In this document: positions 60,748 through 64,000 of the stretch, piece by piece
How positions within the stretch are numbered: position 1 is the stretch's first letter
Layout of the letters: each line of letters begins with the position of its first letter
NCBI GenBank assembly: GCA_965248535.1
Contig: CBDFJR010000005.1
Location: 1,696,001-1,760,000, forward strand
Direction: 5' to 3'
Length of the DNA: 64,000 bases
Origin: Phormidesmis sp.
GTDB lineage: Bacteria > Cyanobacteriota > Cyanobacteriia > Leptolyngbyales > Leptolyngbyaceae
The notes under the pieces: model-generated
What the model was told of the DNA's origin: nothing
The model's input: the letters and a program-made list of their open reading frames with translations, nothing else
The model's database searches: none
Position numbers and translations under genes: made by a program

Positions 60748-61419
60748 ATGGCAACCGTTTATAAAATTCATCCCGTCAATCCCCAACGTCGAGGCGTTGA
60801 TCAAGTCATTAGTGCCTTGCAAAGCGGGGCGGTGATGCTCTACCCAACTGACACGGTGTATGCGATCGGCTGTGACCTCAACTCTAAGTCAGCCGTGCAG
60901 CGAGTCAGGCAACTCAAGCAAATGTCTAACGACAAGCCGCTGACCTTTCTGTGCCCGTCACTGTCTAACATTGCTCAATATGCAGTGGTGAGTGACCAGG
61001 CTTATCGGATTATGAAAGGACTGGTTCCCGGGCCCTATACCTTTTTGCTGCCCGCTACTAAGCTGGTGCCCAAACTGGTGCTGCATCCCAAACGCAAAAC
61101 CACAGGCATTAGAGTGCCCGATCATCCCCTGTGTCAGGCGCTGCTAGAGTCGCTGGGCAACCCGATCGTTTCGACTTCTGCTCACATTTTGGCAACTGAC
61201 CAACTGCCCAAGTCAAAGACCCGCGAGGCTAAAAATTTATCGCTAGCGGAACTGTTTGATGCGATGGAGGGTCTAGTCGATCTAATTGTAGACACAGGTG
61301 AAGAACCGTCTGATCAAGGGTCTACGATCTTAGATCTGACGAGCGACGAACCGACGGTGATTCGACGAGGGTTAGGGTGGGACGCGATCGCTGACCTGGC
61401 CATCGCAGAGGAAGTTTAG
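60748..61419 (+). CDS. Sua5/YciO/YrdC family protein
   Basis: YPTDTVYAIGC, PGPYTF.L, GIRVP, STSA, STILDLT. Confidence 0.92.
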   Translation: MATVYKIHPVNPQRRGVDQVISALQSGAVMLYPTDTVYAIGCDLNSKSAVQRVRQLKQMSNDKPLTFLCPSLSNIAQYAVVSDQAYRIMKGLVPGPYTFLLPATKLVPKLVLHPKRKTTGIRVPDHPLCQALLESLGNPIVSTSAHILATDQLPKSKTREAKNLSLAELFDAMEGLVDLIVDTGEEPSDQGSTILDLTSDEPTVIRRGLGWDAIADLAIAEEV

Positions 61420-61716
61420 ATTTTTCCTAAATTCTCCTGAATTCTCACGGCTTCCTCTAACAACCACTTTCGCAATCGTCCATTAGAACGCAGTAGTATA
61501 TTGTTTAACAGGTTTAGAGGAGGTTTGATACGGAGATGCTGAGATCGTAGACCCTGCATCGATTGCACTGACCCGATAACACCTCGCCCTACTCAGAGGC
61601 TGCGTCTCTAAAAGTGACCAACTGAGAAACTGACCTCCCGATCGCTAAACTTGCCGGAAGACACCGGGAGACAGCGTGTATCAACTGGTGTGCAATACCG
61701 AAGTTTGGTTTCCGAC

Positions 61717-62958
61717 ATGAACACTAAATCTGCAAAGTCAATCCCCCATGAAGCAACATTTACGGCTGTCGAGTCTGATCTCTCTTCGCTAGATGCCCCA
61801 AAAGCTGAAGTTTCTGACCGGGAGGAACCCACCGCCGAAACTCAGAAATTAGCCCGTCTTTTAGCCACTGAGCTAGAAGCAGACCTTCAGATCAGCGGTC
61901 AAACGATTCAAGCTATCACGGCTCGCATTGCCACTGAAGTAGAGCGCATTTGTCTAAAAAGCGATCGGATTCAGACTTCGGGTGAAATTAGCTCTTGGCG
62001 GCTGACGCTGGCCCGCTATCGCTTGCAGAAATGTGTCAACTATTATCGTCTCAACTCTCAGCAAGGTCGCGTTGAGCTACACAGCATTCTCAGCGCCATG
62101 GTCTATCGCTCGATCGCGCCTGCTTATCTGCAATTGAGCTTTCAAGCTCGCTACAGCCTGATCGAAGACTTTCTGCAAGGCTTTTATACAGAGTCGCTCA
62201 GAGCCTTTCGACGCGAAAATAGACTGGCAGAAAACTATCAGCCCCGCACCCGACTGCAACTGGCTGAATATATGGCGTTTACAGAACAATATGCCAAGCG
62301 CCGCATCACCCTGCCGAGTCACCACAACCAGCAGTTGGTGATTTTGCGCGCTCAACGGTTTGCGACTCGCCAACCCCACGAAATCGCGGTGGATATTGAG
62401 ACAGCGATGGAATCGGCCAAAGGAGACGAAGCCGACACCTATGGGCGATCGCCGATTCTCAAAATGATTCGAGAGCAGATGGTTGCCGATAAACTTGATC
62501 CCTCAGAATCGGTGCTGCGCGATCGCGTCGTGGGTGAACTGATTCAATACCTCGAATCTCAAGGGCAGACCGATTGCGTCAACTATCTGACGCTAAAACT
62601 GCAAGACCTATCGGTGCCTGAGATTGATGAAATCCTGTCCATGTCTCCACGGCAGCGTGATTATCTCCAGCAACGATTTAAATATCACGTCGAAAAGTTT
62701 GCCATCTCTCAAAACTGGAAGCTCGTGCACGAGTGGTTAGGGGCTGATCTCGACCAAAATTTAGGAATGCCACCGCAGGAGTGGGACGCATTTTTGGGGC
62801 AACTTTCACCCGATCAACGGCTGCTGCTGACGCTCAAGCGATCGGCAGCCAGTGACCAAGAGATCAGTCAAACCCTCAAATGGACTGCAAAACAGCTACA
62901 AAAGCGCTGGGCAGCCCTCCTAGAAACGGCGCGTCAGGTGCGAAATCAGGCGAAGTAG
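61717..62958 (+). CDS. HetZ-related protein
   Basis: RIA.EVERIC.KS.RIQ.SG, GRVELHS.LS, LAEYMAFTEQYAKRRI, RQRDYLQQRFKYHV. Confidence 0.82.
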   Translation: MNTKSAKSIPHEATFTAVESDLSSLDAPKAEVSDREEPTAETQKLARLLATELEADLQISGQTIQAITARIATEVERICLKSDRIQTSGEISSWRLTLARYRLQKCVNYYRLNSQQGRVELHSILSAMVYRSIAPAYLQLSFQARYSLIEDFLQGFYTESLRAFRRENRLAENYQPRTRLQLAEYMAFTEQYAKRRITLPSHHNQQLVILRAQRFATRQPHEIAVDIETAMESAKGDEADTYGRSPILKMIREQMVADKLDPSESVLRDRVVGELIQYLESQGQTDCVNYLTLKLQDLSVPEIDEILSMSPRQRDYLQQRFKYHVEKFAISQNWKLVHEWLGADLDQNLGMPPQEWDAFLGQLSPDQRLLLTLKRSAASDQEISQTLKWTAKQLQKRWAALLETARQVRNQAK

Positions 62959-63055
62959 CCACCCGTCTCAAACTCTGACGCTCAACCCAGACCGCACTTC
63001 TCAGCCTGTGTTAAATTGGGCATAATCTTGCAGTTCTTTCTTGCGGCTTAGGGGT

Positions 63056-64000
63056 ATGGCGATCACGAAAAGAGCGATTGTTTTGGGCGCAACGGCCGCC
63101 GCAGTCACGGCAGTTACCGTTACAGGGTTTGGAATCCAGCGATCGAAGGTTCAGGCATTTTTCCGTGAAAACCCCAAAGAGGTGATCGATGAAGTCTGGA
63201 ATATCATCGATCGCAGCTTTGTCGATGGCACCTTTCACCAAGTCGATTGGAAAGCGGTTCGCACTCAATATCTCAATCGCGATTACGCCAGCAAAAAAGA
63301 AGCCTACGACGCAATTCGCGAGATGCTCAAGAAACTGGGCGACCCCTACACCCGGTTTATGGACCCTGAAGAGTTTAAGAATATGCAGATCGACACCTCT
63401 GGAGAGCTAACAGGGGTGGGCATTCAGCTAGCAGCCGATGAGAAGACCAAAAAGCTGACGGTGATTTCGCCGATCGAGGGCAGCCCGGCTGCAACGGCGG
63501 GCATTATCGCCAAAGACATCATCACTCAGATCGACAGTAAAAGCACCGAAGGCATGGATGTCAACAAAGCGGTGACGCTAATTCGCGGCCCGGTTGGCTC
63601 TGAGGTGCAGCTAACGGTGATGCGAAATAATCAGGCGTTTAACTACACCCTTAAGCGCGCCAAAATCGAGATTCATCCCGTCCGCTACAGTGACAAAAAG
63701 ACTCCGACGGGCAACGTTGGCTATATTCGACTCGTGCAATTTAGCGCCAACGCCGCTCCTGAAATGCGAGATGCGATTCAGAATCTAGAAAAGCAGCAGG
63801 TGACAGGCTATGTCTTAGATCTGCGATCGAACCCCGGTGGCTTGCTCTATGCCAGTGTAGACATTGCCCGGATGTGGATTCAAGACGGCGGCATTGTCTC
63901 GACCGTCAATCGCCAGGGTGAGTCCGATCGGGAAGATGCCAATCGTCGCGCTCTGACCGACAAGCCTCTAGTCGTCTTGGTAGATGGCGGCTCGGCGAGT
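63056..64000 (+). CDS. Carboxyl-terminal processing protease (S41, CtpA/B/C type), 3'-truncated by the window and absent from the ORF track
   Basis: Open frame from ATG 63056: MAITKRAIVLGA..., LGDPYTRF, GELTGVGI, PDZ, GYIRL, LDLRSNPGG, VLVDGGSAS. Confidence 0.93.
   Translation, partial: MAITKRAIVLGATAAAVTAVTVTGFGIQRSKVQAFFRENPKEVIDEVWNIIDRSFVDGTFHQVDWKAVRTQYLNRDYASKKEAYDAIREMLKKLGDPYTRFMDPEEFKNMQIDTSGELTGVGIQLAADEKTKKLTVISPIEGSPAATAGIIAKDIITQIDSKSTEGMDVNKAVTLIRGPVGSEVQLTVMRNNQAFNYTLKRAKIEIHPVRYSDKKTPTGNVGYIRLVQFSANAAPEMRDAIQNLEKQQVTGYVLDLRSNPGGLLYASVDIARMWIQDGGIVSTVNRQGESDREDANRRALTDKPLVVLVDGGSAS

Larger units (their letters stand above)
1..64000. repeat. Dispersed HIP1 octamer GCGATCGC
   Basis: Many copies in core genes. 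Not seen in 6653-7243, 3326-4363 or ~49000-51170. Confidence 0.95.

Noticed and set aside
63011..63410. ORFs 63011..63268 (-) and 63189..63410 (+)
   Set aside because: These are shadow frames of the C-terminal protease gene starting at 63056.

Overview
A cyanobacterial chromosome segment, identified by dense GCGATCGC (HIP1) octamers, kaiABC, psaX and ndhL. The full-length KaiA plus PatN-like and HetZ-like genes suggest a filamentous, probably non-heterocystous lineage. Most of the window is core genes: purE, kaiABC, a glycogen-debranching enzyme, an EmrAB-type efflux cluster, moeB with a JAB peptidase, egtC-egtB-egtD, panC/cmk, lipA, psaX, trpA, ndhL, an intron-less tRNA-Leu(UAA), larC and a C-terminal protease. 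Three accessory pieces stand out. (1) A 591-bp non-autonomous IS200/IS605-type element (6653-7243) sits between kaiB and kaiC. It has both TnpA hairpin ends and a broken ribbon-helix-helix gene. In place of tnpB it carries a promoter, a BoxB/BoxA-like signal and a pseudoknot-capable non-coding segment fused to a TnpB omega-RNA-like scaffold. (2) An AT-rich, HIP1-free three-gene operon (49255-51184) encodes a TIGR04255-like protein, a helical protein and an ART-toxin-like protein, and looks like a toxin-antitoxin-chaperone or defence cassette. (3) A Helicase_C_3 gene pair lies next to an HTH-HATPase-DUF4325 gene that has a triple direct-repeat operator. Six +1 frameshifts in four genes look like sequencing artefacts. 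All family calls come from reading motifs by eye, not from database searches.
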